A stretch of 38,163 nt of DNA from Octopus bimaculoides (Eukaryota). The translations under genes were made by a program, and so were the position numbers. The stretch is taken from positions 43,808,218 to 43,846,380 of the forward strand of contig NC_068999.1 in NCBI RefSeq assembly GCF_001194135.2. The letters are read 5' to 3'. The notes beneath the pieces are model-generated. The model was not told the origin of the DNA and ran no database searches. It worked only from the letters and a program-made list of their open reading frames with translations. Below are positions 1 to 11,024 of the stretch, in pieces; within the stretch, counting starts at the first letter, position 1, and each line of letters opens with the position of its first letter.

Positions 1-396
1 TATATGTGTGTATATATATACATATATATGTGTGTGTATATATAAGCATATGTGCCACTTGGCTAAAACACATAAATAAATATATATATATATGTATGTA
101 TGTAGGTATATGTATACGTATATACAGCATTATTTATTTTATATGTTGTTTATAGTTGTTGATGTATATTATGGTGGTTCGTTGTGGTAGATTCCATTTT
201 GGTAATTATAGATAAGCACCACCAAATTCCTTATAGTTTTCATCTAAGCTTATCATTGATTGTTTTCATTTTGTTCATTCTTTCTTGTCACCAATCATAT
301 GCAAAAGTACACTCACTGAGAAGCATAATATACATGCATAAGTGTGTATGTAAGCACATATGAATATATATATACAGACGCGTGCACGCACATGCA

Positions 397-438
<42 letters not shown>

Positions 439-540
439 ACACAATCACACACAAACATGCACACGTATGTGTATGTATGTATAGATATACATACAATAAA
501 TATACAAATGTATGTATTCATATATTCCTACATATATATA

Positions 541-863
541 TGTATGTATATACGTGTATAATCACAGACAGACATTCCGTTCTATATCTCAGGTTAATAA
601 TTCCCGTCTTCGTAATCACATCGAACGAAGGTGTGGGACTTCCTTAATGGAAGTAACCTAATCTACCGGTGCTAAGTGATTGACGAATTATCTATGAAGA
701 AAGTGTAATGATCGTGAATATTGAATAATAGGATTACTTATATTNNNNNNNNNNNNNNNNNNNNNNNNNNNNNNNNNNNNNNNNNNNNNNNNNNNNNNNN
801 NNNNNNNNNNNNNNNNNNNNNNNNNNNNNNNNNNNNNNNNNNNNNNNNNNNNNNNNNNNNNNN

Positions 864-906
<43 letters not shown>

Positions 907-1175
907 CATATATACTCTTACACACACACGTTTATATATACCCCATATATATGTGTTTATGTATGTATGTATGTATGTATATACGTGTATAATCACAGAC
1001 AGACATTCCGTTCTATATCTCAGGTTAATAATTCCCGTCTTCGTAATCACATCGAACGAAGGTGTGGGACTTCCTTAATGGAAGTAACCTAATCTACCGG
1101 TGCTAAGTGATTGACGAATTATCTATGAAGAAAGTGTAATGATCGTGAATATTGAATAATAGGATTACTTATATT
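541..1175 (+). repeat. Exact 204-bp direct duplication (541-744 and 972-1175) spanning an N-gap; probable assembly overlap
   Basis: The two segments read identically at an offset of 431 bp, and the first copy stops exactly where the 745-863 gap begins. Confidence 0.85.
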
Positions 1176-1359
1176 GTAGATAAACATTTTAAATACTTAA
1201 TTTCACAGAAAGATTTGACATGTTGGCAGCAGACCAGTTACGTCTTCTTCCTATAATGCTATAGATATAGGTTTCGATTTCCGAGTAAGTACATCTCCTT
1301 TGCATTTTTTTATGTAATTATATATATATATATAATCAAAATAAGTAACAGAATGTCAA

Positions 1360-1456
1360 TTATTAGCGCAATACGATCGTTTCAAGCAACTTCATTTAAT
1401 TCAACAATGCAAGCATTACATCAATTTAAATACAGCGCTATCCTCAGTTGCAATAA
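1360..1456 (-). ncRNA. Type I hammerhead ribozyme motif with extended stem II (likely PLE pseudo-LTR or retrozyme derived)
   Basis: The minus strand reads ttattGCAA-CTGAGGA-(57-nt hairpin)-GAAA-CGATCGT-A-TTGCgctaataa. Core CUGAGGA at 1441-1447, GAAA at 1380-1383, palindromic stem III ACGATCGT at 1373-1380, GUA triplet, and stem I GCAA/TTGC extended by TTATT/AATAA. Confidence 0.62.
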
Positions 1457-1579
1457 ACATGTATTTTCATCAGACAAGATTCATTAATATAATTTTTCTC
1501 AAACATTTTGTCTGAGCTAGAAGATGAAAGAATTTCATGCTGTCACTATTGTAGCAAGTATAATCTAAGAGAAAAACTT

Positions 1580-1697
1580 CAATTTTGGAGTAGCATGGAA
1601 CACAGTGAGGGTCATAGGGTCATAAGTCATTTCTAATGGAGCCGCTTGAAACGGATGTATTGCACTAATACTTGACATCCTGTTACTTATTTTGATT
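1580..1697 (+). mobile_element. Inverted, eroded second copy of the hammerhead-bearing repeat
   Basis: 1644-1697 matches the reverse complement of 1334-1387 at 48 of 54 positions by hand alignment. The TAGC...GCTT-GAAAC spacing is the same 57 nt. The catalytic core is degenerate (TTTGGAG in place of CTGAGGA). Confidence 0.55.
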
Positions 1698-1993
1698 TTA
1701 TTCACCTTATCTCGAGGAGTGCGGATAATACCAGAGTGACCTGGTGCCTCAGAGAAAGCATAAATAATGCTCACTACATATTTCTTTATTGACTTACAGG
1801 TGTTTCCAGTAGTCATGACAGGTTCATTATTCATAGGTTCACTCAGTCAGCCTATTGATCGTTTGAGCAAAGTTGAACGAGCTAGAAAATTAATGCCACT
1901 TTCACCATGTACATACATACATACATACATATGTAGGATTATGTATGTATGTATATGCATGCATATATGTGTGTGTGTGTATGTAGAGAGAGA

Positions 1994-2306
1994 GGCGCAG
2001 GCGTGGCTGTGTGGTAAGTAGCTTGCTTACCAGCCACATCGTTCCGGCTTCAGTCCCATTGCTTGGCACCTTGGACAAGTGTCTTCTACTATAACCTCTG
2101 CCCGACCAAAGCCTTGTGAGTGGATTTGGTACACGGAAACTGAAAGAAGCCCGTCGCATATATGTATATATATATATGTGTGTGTGTGTGTATGTTTGTG
2201 TGTCTGTACTTGTCTCCCCAATATCGCTTGACAACCGATGTTGGTGTGTTTACGTCCCCGTAACTCTAGTGGTTCGGCAAAAGAGACCGATAGTATAAGT
2301 ACTAGA
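1994..2306 (+). mobile_element. tRNA-derived SINE, family B (head, CORE-like middle, internal microsatellite, tail)
   Basis: GGCGCAGGCGTGGCTGTGTGGTAAG head with a B-box-like GTTCCGGCTTCAGTCCC, then GCACCTTGGACAAGTGTCTTCTACTATA. The same sequence recurs at many places in the window. Confidence 0.85.
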
Positions 2307-2340
2307 CGACTTCCACCTACAAGGCCCTTTGTTCGGCAAA

Positions 2341-2428
2341 TAGACGACACTTGCTCAAGGTGACCTGTACAGGGTGACTGAACCCGGAACCATGTGTTTG
2401 GAGAGCAAAACTTCTGAACACAGAGCCT
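2341..2428 (-). mobile_element. SINE family B head fragment, inverted relative to the preceding copy
   Basis: GACACTTGCTCAAGGTG...GACTGAACCCGGAACCATGTG is the reverse complement of the family B head. Confidence 0.75.
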
Positions 2429-2445
2429 CATCTACGCCTGTATGC

Positions 2446-2489
<44 letters not shown>

Positions 2490-3109
2490 NNNNNNNNNNN
2501 NNNNNNNNNNNNNNNNNNNNNNNNNNNNNNNNNNNNNNNNNNNNNNNNNNNNNNNNNNNNNNNNNNNNNNNNNNNNNNNNNNNNNNNNNNNNNNNNNNNN
2601 NNNNNNNNNNNNNNNNNNNNNNNNNNNNNNNNNNNNNNNNNNNNNNNNNNNNNNNNNNNNNNNNNNNNNNNNNNNNNNNNNNNNNNNNNNNNNNNNNNNN
2701 NNNNNNNNNNNNNNNNNNNNNNNNNNNNNNNNNNNNNNNNNNNNNNNNNNNNNNNNNNNNNNNNNNNNNNNNNNNNNNNNNNNNNNNNNNNNNNNNNNNN
2801 NNNNNNNNNNNNNNNNNNNNNNNNNNNNNNNNNNNNNNNNNNNNNNNNNNNNNNNNNNNNNNNNNNNNNNNNNNNNNNNNNNNNNNNNNNNNNNNNNNNN
2901 NNNNNNNNNNNNNNNNNNNNNNNNNNNNNNNNNNNNNNNNNNNNNNNNNNNNNNNNNNNNNNNNNNNNNNNNNNNNNNNNNNNNNNNNNNNNNNNNNNNN
3001 NNNNNNNNNNNNNNNNNNNNNNNNNNNNNNNNNNNNNNNNNNNNNNNNNNNNNNNNNNNNNNNNNNNNNNNNNNNNNNNNNNNNNNNNNNNNNNNNNNNN
3101 NNNNNNNNN

Positions 3110-3146
<37 letters not shown>

Positions 3147-4532
3147 AAGTATGAGTGTGAGTGCGAGTGCGCGCGCGCTGTGTGTGTACGTGTTTGCGCG
3201 TGTGTGTCTTTATTAAATAGTTTATATTAAACACGTGTATATGCATATGTGTATGTAATTATAAATACGTATTTACATCATATATGTATATATTGATATG
3301 TATATATATGTATATATATGTATGTGTATGTGTTTGTGCGTGTGTGTGTCTGTGTGTATAAATGGGTGGGGGGAAAGCCTTAGTAATGATGATAGAAAAT
3401 ATAAGGGATTAATTGTTAAAGATTATAATGAATTTTAGAGTAAGTTTTCAAGGGATTAATAAATAAATTAACGTAAACCAAACAATTAACAATTAGCAAT
3501 TAACTCAATCGTATGAAATTATTTAATATTCTCTCAATCAAAACACAAAATGTCGAATCTATGAAGTATAGAAGTTACAAACGAAGGACAAGAAATTCGC
3601 TGAGTAAATTCCACGCTGAAAGCGACGGGAGGTTCGTCTCAACACTCTGCGCTTTGTGTTCAGACCCTGCCGTGGTTAGCATTGTCCTTTAGCCTTCGGG
3701 TCCGATAGAAATCTAGCAATTCAGGGCCATGTCTTGATGGTGCGTTTAGAAGTTAGGGGGATATACCTTGTGGTGTTTGTTCCGGTTATTTGTGTTTTGA
3801 TTGGAATGCCTGGTGACTGCAGTGTCGAGTCGTATCGGACAAAAACACGGTGGGGTTTCCTTTCGATATAATCATCATTTCAGTAAAAGAAACCATTGGA
3901 ATAAGTACTAGACTGCAAAAAAAAAAAAAAAGAAAAATCATAATTGCTCCAGCGTGGCAGTGACTGGAACAAGCGACAGAAAAAAATTACATAAAATCGG
4001 TAATACTAAATGTGCCGACATCTTGCTTATCCAATCGAAGAACTAACTTTTCCACATGGCCATCGTCCAGCCATCGGTTTCTTGGACGGAATGGTTTGTA
4101 TTGACAAAGAATATTCTGCTTTCTGAGAAAATATAATCTTTAATCACCGACTGTCTTGTATACTTCTGACATTAGATCGAATTAAGAGAGCATCAAAGCA
4201 AAGAAGTTCTAAATAATTTGACCGTAAGATATTAGACACACACACACACGCTTACATATACACATATACACATCTATATGTCCATATATGTATGTATGCA
4301 TGTATATATATGTACATATATATACATATACATATCTGTATCTACATGTTTACATGTACGTATGTATGTATGTTTGTATGTATGTTTGTATGTATGCATG
4401 TATACACATATACATTCATGCATATATATGTGTATATGTACACATATGTACATAAATACGTGTAAATATATCTACACATACACACACGCACGCACGCACG
4501 CACACATACATACATACATGCACACACACACA

Positions 4533-4615
<83 letters not shown>

Positions 4616-4901
4616 ATGTAGATTTTGGTCAGAATTTGTTTCCATAAAAGCTTTATAACAGCAGAAACAGCAAAAGTTTTAATTGAAAATTACGCAGACT
4701 AATTAGAAAACTTACAACGTTGCTATTAAACAATATTCTAAATTTTAATGATATATCGGTGGAGTTTTTTAATGAGTTTTTTGACACTTAATTAATTCAG
4801 TCCGTGATTTGAATTTTTTTTTTTTTGTGAATAGTGCCGGAGGTATCTCGAGAGAAGTGAATAGAACCAAATTGTGAGAGCTGTGCACAACTTTCCTTCT
4901 T

Positions 4902-4936
<35 letters not shown>

Positions 4937-5108
4937 ATTTCTCTTCCTCTCTCTTTCTTTCTCTTCCTCTCTCTTTCTTTCTCTTCCTCTCTCTTTCATT
5001 TTCTCCTCTCCCTCCTTCTCTCTCGCTTTCAGCGGTCTATGCAAGTTTATATATATATATATATATAACACAGATAATCATATATACATTCACATATATA
5101 AAGGTACG

Positions 5109-5183
<75 letters not shown>

Positions 5184-5561
5184 CTCATAATTAAATACAT
5201 AAACATGTGTGTGTGTGAGTGTGTGTTTGTGTGTTTGCGATGTCTGTGTATGTATTTACGTTTAATAATACATACGTACATACATTAAAAAAAACTCCCA
5301 TTAACAAAACGAGTAAGTTTATGAGGTGGAGGAGGAAACAAAAGAGCTCTAATATATGGAGGCAGGCAAAACACGTGACTGAAAAAGCGCGGGAATATCG
5401 AGCAAAACGGCAATAATGGGAAAAGTTTTACAATAAAACTATATCCACAAATGAAAGCAACGCACAGGCACACATGCACACGTATATGCAGGTGTGTGTG
5501 TGTGTATAAACACACACACACATACACACACACACACATATATGCATATACATATTCATAT

Positions 5562-5679
5562 ATACGACAGGCTTCTTTCAGTTTCCGTCTAACAAATCCA
5601 CTCACAAGGCTTTGGTCGGTCCGAGGCTATAGTAGAAGATAGTAACCCAAGGTGCCACGCAGTGGGACTGAACCTGGAT
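5562..5679 (-). mobile_element. SINE family B fragment
   Basis: GGCTTCTTTCAGTTTCCGTCTAACAAATCCACTCACAAGGCTTTGGTCGG...GTGGGACTGAACC, cut off by (TA)n and a gap. Confidence 0.85.
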
Positions 5680-5810
5680 ATATATANNNNNNNNNNNNNN
5701 NNNNNNNNNNNNNNNNNNNNNNNNNNNNNNNNNNNNNNNNNNNNNNNNNNNNNNNNNNNNNNNNNNNNNNNNNNNNNNNNNNNNNNNNNNNNNNNNNNNN
5801 NNNNNNNNNN

Positions 5811-5845
<35 letters not shown>

Positions 5846-5934
5846 GTATGTATATTTGTATGCATGTATATATATCACCGAATGCTAGTCAAATCTCACA
5901 GCTACGACGTACAGAATACCGGAATTTTTCCAAA

Positions 5935-5985
5935 CGCTTCCCATTGATGACTTCCGGTAAAATGAAATCACATGATATCGAAGTG
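5935..5985 (+). ncRNA. Degenerate hammerhead-like motif
   Basis: CGCTTCcca-TTGATGA-cttccggtaaaat-GAAA-TCAcaTGAT-A-tcGAAGTG: near-core, a stem III, and stem I CGCTTC/GAAGTG. C3 and the stem II closing pair are lost. Confidence 0.35.
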
Positions 5986-6289
5986 CCGAGTCCCTTGACA
6001 GACGATTGTCGTCAACAACCATTTATGTGTACTTTTATGCACCAAGTGCCTATATGAGAGGTTCTCTCAAGTCTCATGGAACAGTATTTAGTGTTCTGAC
6101 AAGACATCCAAGCAAACACACGCACACAAGCACACACACATGCGCGCTTGCACACTTATCTACGCATACATGGATTCATGGATTTTGATTCAGTCTGTTA
6201 ATCTGATCTTTTGTTTAACGCTTCAGTGTTCCAAGTTACGTGACTTTAAGCTAAAGATTAAAATTTAGCGATTGCAGATTGACGGTATG

Positions 6290-6860
6290 AAATTCTAAGT
6301 CAAAGTTTAATGGTTTACTGTATCGGTGACACATTGTATTAATGGCACAAATTTAATGACGGGAATTTAATGTTCATAAGTTGATGACCAAAATTTAATG
6401 GGTTAATGTTCTTGATCGACACAAAGCTACTGGTTCCGAGTTATTCATCCAGAGTAAACGATAAACTTTTAATGGTACAAATTTAATGAGCGGAATTTAA
6501 TGGCCAGAAATTAATGACCAACATTTAATGATACAAACGTTCTTGAACGATATTATGTTATTAGCTTTCATTTTGTTATTCATCCAGAGTGGATGGTAAA
6601 GTTTTAGTGGCACAAATTTTATGAACGAATTTAATGGTCTTAACTTAACGATCAAAAATCTATTATTCTTAACTAACTGTTAGAAACTGAATAAGCCAAA
6701 TTAAATGCTTCAGATACGACCACTGTTAATGATCTAAAGATAACGGATCAAAGCGTGATCGAATTTTAATAGTTTAAATTTAGCGATCGAAATTTAGCGA
6801 ACCAAATTTAATTGTTTCAGTTTAGTTATTCTAATTTAATGGTCTATGATTTTTATGTTG
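6290..6860. repeat. Degenerate satellite with a 130-135 bp unit built from AATTTAATG subrepeats
   Basis: GG(C/T)ACAAATTT(A/T)ATGA at 6344, 6474 and 6609; TTATTCATCCAGAGT at 6441 and 6576; many AATTTAATG/AATTTAGCG copies. Confidence 0.7.
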
Positions 6861-7366
6861 CTCACACTTTAAAACAAACAAACATACAAACAAACAAATT
6901 GCCTCTCAAACAAACTCTGCCGCCGACTAGCAAATATTTTACTCTCCAACACATTACAGCTTAGCGCAGCAGTAATCCGCCACGTTATCTGTCAGCAGCT
7001 TGTTTGACAGGGACTTCAAATATTTAGCGTCTTTTGCCACAGAAGTAACGCGCTACTGCTCATGGGATCAATGTTGTTGCCAGCATTAAAGCAAACCAGC
7101 CAACTACTATTATTCAATGTTTAAGACCTTTTGTAATGGCGACGCTCAAATTTCAAATTTGCACAAAATCAAAATTCAGGACCATGGTGGACATTTGTGT
7201 TGTTTTGTTTTCTTTCATTTTCTATTATATTCGGTTATTTATTTTTCGTTCTTAGTCAACATTGTGCTGTTAATTCAGGTAGGGGCTTTTATTTGATAAC
7301 AGCTGTGCTTTTCATTGTTAATATCAAAATTCTGGTCTCCATAGAAAATGATGATTATAATAATGC

Positions 7367-7575
7367 TTTCAGATTTTGGCTCAAGGCCAGCAAGTTTCCA
7401 AGAGGGACAAGTCGATTACAACGACCACAGTGCTTAAATTGGTATTTATTTTACCGGCCCCGGAAGGTTGAATGGCAAAGGCAACCACACCGAAATTTGA
7501 ACTCGGAACGTAAAGTCGGAAGAAATTATATGAAGCATTAAGTCCGGCGTGCTAAGAATTCTGTCCACTTGCCGC
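7367..7575 (-). mobile_element. tRNA-derived SINE, family A (diverged)
   Basis: Reverse complement of the family A pattern (TTCTGAGTTCAAATT...CCTTTCGGGG...GGCCTTGTGCC). Confidence 0.75.
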
Positions 7576-7603
7576 TGCAACAACAGCAACAACAACAACA
7601 ACA

Positions 7604-7746
7604 CATTCTGAGTTCGAACTCCACCGAGGTCGACTTTACTTTTCATCTTTTCGGCGGCAATAAAATAAGAAACCCGTTGAGTACTGGGGTCGATGCAATC
7701 GACATACTCGTCTCCCAAAATTGCTGGCCTTGTGCCCAAATTTGAA
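7604..7746 (+). mobile_element. SINE family A, 5'-truncated, ending in (ATC)n
   Basis: TTCTGAGTTCGAACTCCACCGAGGTCGACTTT...GTACTGGGGTCGATGCAATCGAC...GGCCTTGTGCCCAAATTTGAAA. Confidence 0.85.
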
Positions 7747-8113
7747 ATCATCATCATCATCATCATCATCGTCATCATTATTATTATCATTTCATTATAT
7801 GTAAACCCCCACACATTGCCTGTCTCTGTATTGTCCCCACCTCATCCGTTGCCCTTGTGGCTAATAATTGAAATAATTTTTATTGTTATTGTTATTATTA
7901 TTATTATTATTATTATTAGTAGTAGTAGTAGTAAAAGTGGTGGTGGTGGTGGTGGTAGTTTTGATAAACGATTTTTTTGTTTTGTTTTCGCACGGGTTAC
8001 GGATTCGAATTATTTTTTCAACGCCGTCGATATATTGTTGTTAGAATTGTTCTAGGTGTTGCTATTGTTGTCATTGTCGATTTTCTTAGTGTTAATGCTG
8101 CTACCGCTGTTTG

Positions 8114-8148
<35 letters not shown>

Positions 8149-8847
8149 TCTGTTGCCCTTAGTCGCAGTTGTTTGCGGTCTCATTCAGTAACAGAGCCAA
8201 TGGGAACAAACCAAAGAGAAAGGCTGATATACACAGAATCTACACGCGCACAAAGGACAACCAAACACAGTCCCACGCATATCTCTGCGTATGTGTCTGT
8301 GTGGGGGCGGTGTGTCCATGTATATACGTATACATAAGGATATATATATATATATATATATACATATATACATATATGTATATGTCAGCGTGTGCTCGTG
8401 TGCATACATACGTAGGTGCATGCATACATACAAACAGAAAGATGACACACATGCTGGCTCATATAAATATATACAGTCACCCCCATAGAGTAGTGAGTTG
8501 TTTGGCTGTTAAAAATTGTATCCGGCTTTTGGTCGTCTTATATAACAGCCATGACTAACATAACAATAACATAGAAAACAAAGAGAAAAAGCGAACGATT
8601 AATTACAAACAAAAGCAGTAAAATAACAAAAAGCATGCACAACATATTCTGTGTCTATCTATCTATCTATCTATCTATCATTCTATCCCTTTTCTTTTTC
8701 AATTTCGAAAAGAAAAGCTCTCCATTTGTATTTGTCCTCTGTGTTCAGCCCTGTGTGGCCAATAAAGAAAGTTACCTACCTACCTACCAACTAATCTACC
8801 TCCCTGTCTGCCTGCCTACCTACCTACCTACCTACCTACCTACCAAC

Positions 8848-8887
<40 letters not shown>

Positions 8888-9190
8888 TTGCCGACCCATT
8901 CACCTATCTTTCTTTCTTTCTTTCTCTCTCTCTCTCTACCTCTATCTATCTCTATCTACTTACCTACCTACCTACCTACCTATCTATCTATCTCTCTATC
9001 TATCTATATATATATATCTATCTATCTACACCTACCTACCAATCTATCTGTCTGCTTATCTACCTGTGTGTGTGTGTGAGTCTGTCTGTATGTCTGCCTT
9101 TCTGTATGTGTGTATATATATGTGTATTGTGTATTTATGTATGTATTTATATGCATAGAAATATGAGTATTATTTGGTGGAGATTTTTGA

Positions 9191-9456
9191 GGCTTGTTGT
9201 TTCGCGCCAAAATGCTCGTCAGTAATATTGTACTCAATGCACTTTACAATTCAACTTCTCTTCTTCTTGTCTGTGAAAGAAAACATAATTACAGGAAAAC
9301 ATAATTACAGTAAACATAATTACAGTTCATCTAACTTCATGTACAGTGATGGGGCACTTCCATCGCTTCGATGTATGAGGCTCTAACAGCGGACATTTTT
9401 TGGTCATTGGTTTCCAGTGGTCTCAGTTTCTTTAATACCAGGCACATGTTTCGAAA
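9191..9456 (-). mobile_element. Possible PLE 3' remnant: short frame, 3' UTR and hammerhead core
   Basis: A stop-terminated minus frame (9337-9456, ...VRASYIEAMEV...) weakly resembles a GIY-YIG C-terminus. It is followed by three copies of a 14-mer and then CTGACGA-GC-attttggc-GC-GAAAC (9199-9222). Confidence 0.3.
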
Positions 9457-9534
9457 TGCTGATTGCAGAAATTTAGGACAAGCGATTGCTATGTCATGTG
9501 TTGGTTGGCTTCGCTACGGCTGAGAGTGTAACCC

Positions 9535-9600
9535 ACCTTTTCTCAACCGGGGCTCCCGGAACCCTAGCGTTCTGCAAAAGGTTCCTAGGGATTCCGCAAG
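9535..9600 (+). mobile_element. DNA-transposon/MITE terminal fragment (hAT-like)
   Basis: TTCTCAACCGGGG followed by an imperfect hairpin, GGAACCCTAG...CTAGGGATTCC, resembling CAGTGGTTCTCAAC-type hAT MITE ends (from recall, not a search). Confidence 0.4.
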
Positions 9601-9673
9601 AAAGAGTGAGATAAGCTAATGCCAATTTCATGATCGTTATATTACTATATACCTTTTGTCTGTGAGTATGTGT

Positions 9674-9710
<37 letters not shown>

Positions 9711-9874
9711 CGCACGCATGTATGTGCGTGTCTGTACGGATGTAAGTGTGTGTATGCGTGTAAATGTGTGTGTGTGTGTATGTGTATCTTTATGTGGGTG
9801 ATGTGTCTTCGTTCTTGTGAAGAAAACACACCTTTCTTTTCTTATGTCTGTCTGTCCGTCTCTTTATGTCTCTA

Positions 9875-9914
<40 letters not shown>

Positions 9915-10404
9915 GCTTGCTCTGAGTGTATATATACATATATAAATATATACATGCATATATGCATATGCACATACATATATATGCATACATATATATG
10001 CATGCATACATACACACACATATATATATTAACGCACACATATACACTTCTATATACATGTGCACATACAGACACGCTCACACACACACATTATCGCACA
10101 CATATACTCTTCTACGAACATGTGCGCATAAAGACATGCACACACACACGTATTAACGCACACGTATGCACTTCTATCTACATGTGCACACGTGTGTGTG
10201 TGTGTGTGTGTGTTTGTATAAGCGTATCTAAGCGGTCATAGAGCACAATGCAGACAGGCGTGCTGCGTTTGGTAAAGTTATTTGATTATTCGAGAAAGGT
10301 GCAGCAAATTGCAAAGCGCAGCTGCACATGCAGCGGAGGTGTTTGACGTCGTTCGGTGTTCAATGTGTATAGGGTTGCACGGGGCGGGCAGCAAGGGGGG
10401 TGAT

Positions 10405-10665
10405 TGGGAGAGAGGAGGTGAGAGAGTGGGTAGGGAGAGAGGGAGAGTGGGGGGAGGGAGATGCGAGTGAAAGAATATCCTACTGAGTGGGGGAGAGAGA
10501 GAGTTGAAGAAGGAGAGGAGAGAGGGAGGGAGATAGAGGCAGAAAGGTGGAGATGTAGAGAAGGGGACGGGAAATAGGGACAGAGAGATAGAGAGAGAGA
10601 GAGTGAGTGAGAGGGAGAGAAGGAGATAGTGATGTAGAGACTGAGACATAGAGAATGAGAGAGAT

Positions 10666-10703
<38 letters not shown>

Positions 10704-10770
10704 GAACAAGAGAGACAGAAACAGAGAGAGGGAGAAGGAAAGGGGGAAGAGAAAGAAGGAAAAGAAAGTG
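10405..10770. repeat. Polypurine (GA/GGA-rich) tract
   Basis: About 365 bp of nearly pure purines on the plus strand, including (GA)n. Confidence 0.9.
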
Positions 10771-10817
10771 AAAAATATATAATTAATTCAAGGACGTTTA
10801 TATTTGGGGATTAGAGA

Positions 10818-10936
10818 GCGGCGAGCTGGCAGAATCGTTAGCACAGGGTGGGGGCAAAACGTTCTGCGGTATTTCGTCTGCCTTTACGGTCTGAGTTCAA
10901 ATCACACCGAGGTCGACTTTGCTTTCCATCCTTTCA
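10818..10936 (+). mobile_element. SINE family A, 3'-truncated
   Basis: GCGGCGAGCTGGCAGAATCGTTAGCAC...CTGAGTTCAAATCACACCGAGGTCGACTTTGCTTTCCATCCTTTC. Confidence 0.85.
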
Positions 10937-11024
10937 GTTCATCAATTGAGTTTATTTGGTGGTAGCGTTAAGGAGAAATATCCTTTAATTAGTCACTCGT
11001 TCACTGCTCATTCTTGTTTTAAAC

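Noticed and set aside
582-616. Minus-strand CGAAGACGGG...CCTGAGA, a possible ribozyme relic
   Set aside because: Both the core and the GAAA motif are mutated; too degenerate to call.
1467-1473. Extra CTGATGA on the minus strand just upstream of the main hammerhead
   Set aside because: It has no stem II or GAAA partner of its own.
1565-1834. 89-aa minus-strand ORF with GHSGIIRT, superficially integrase-like
   Set aside because: It overlaps the hammerhead-bearing repeat copy, lacks the rest of the integrase zinc-finger motif, and is closed by a stop just upstream.
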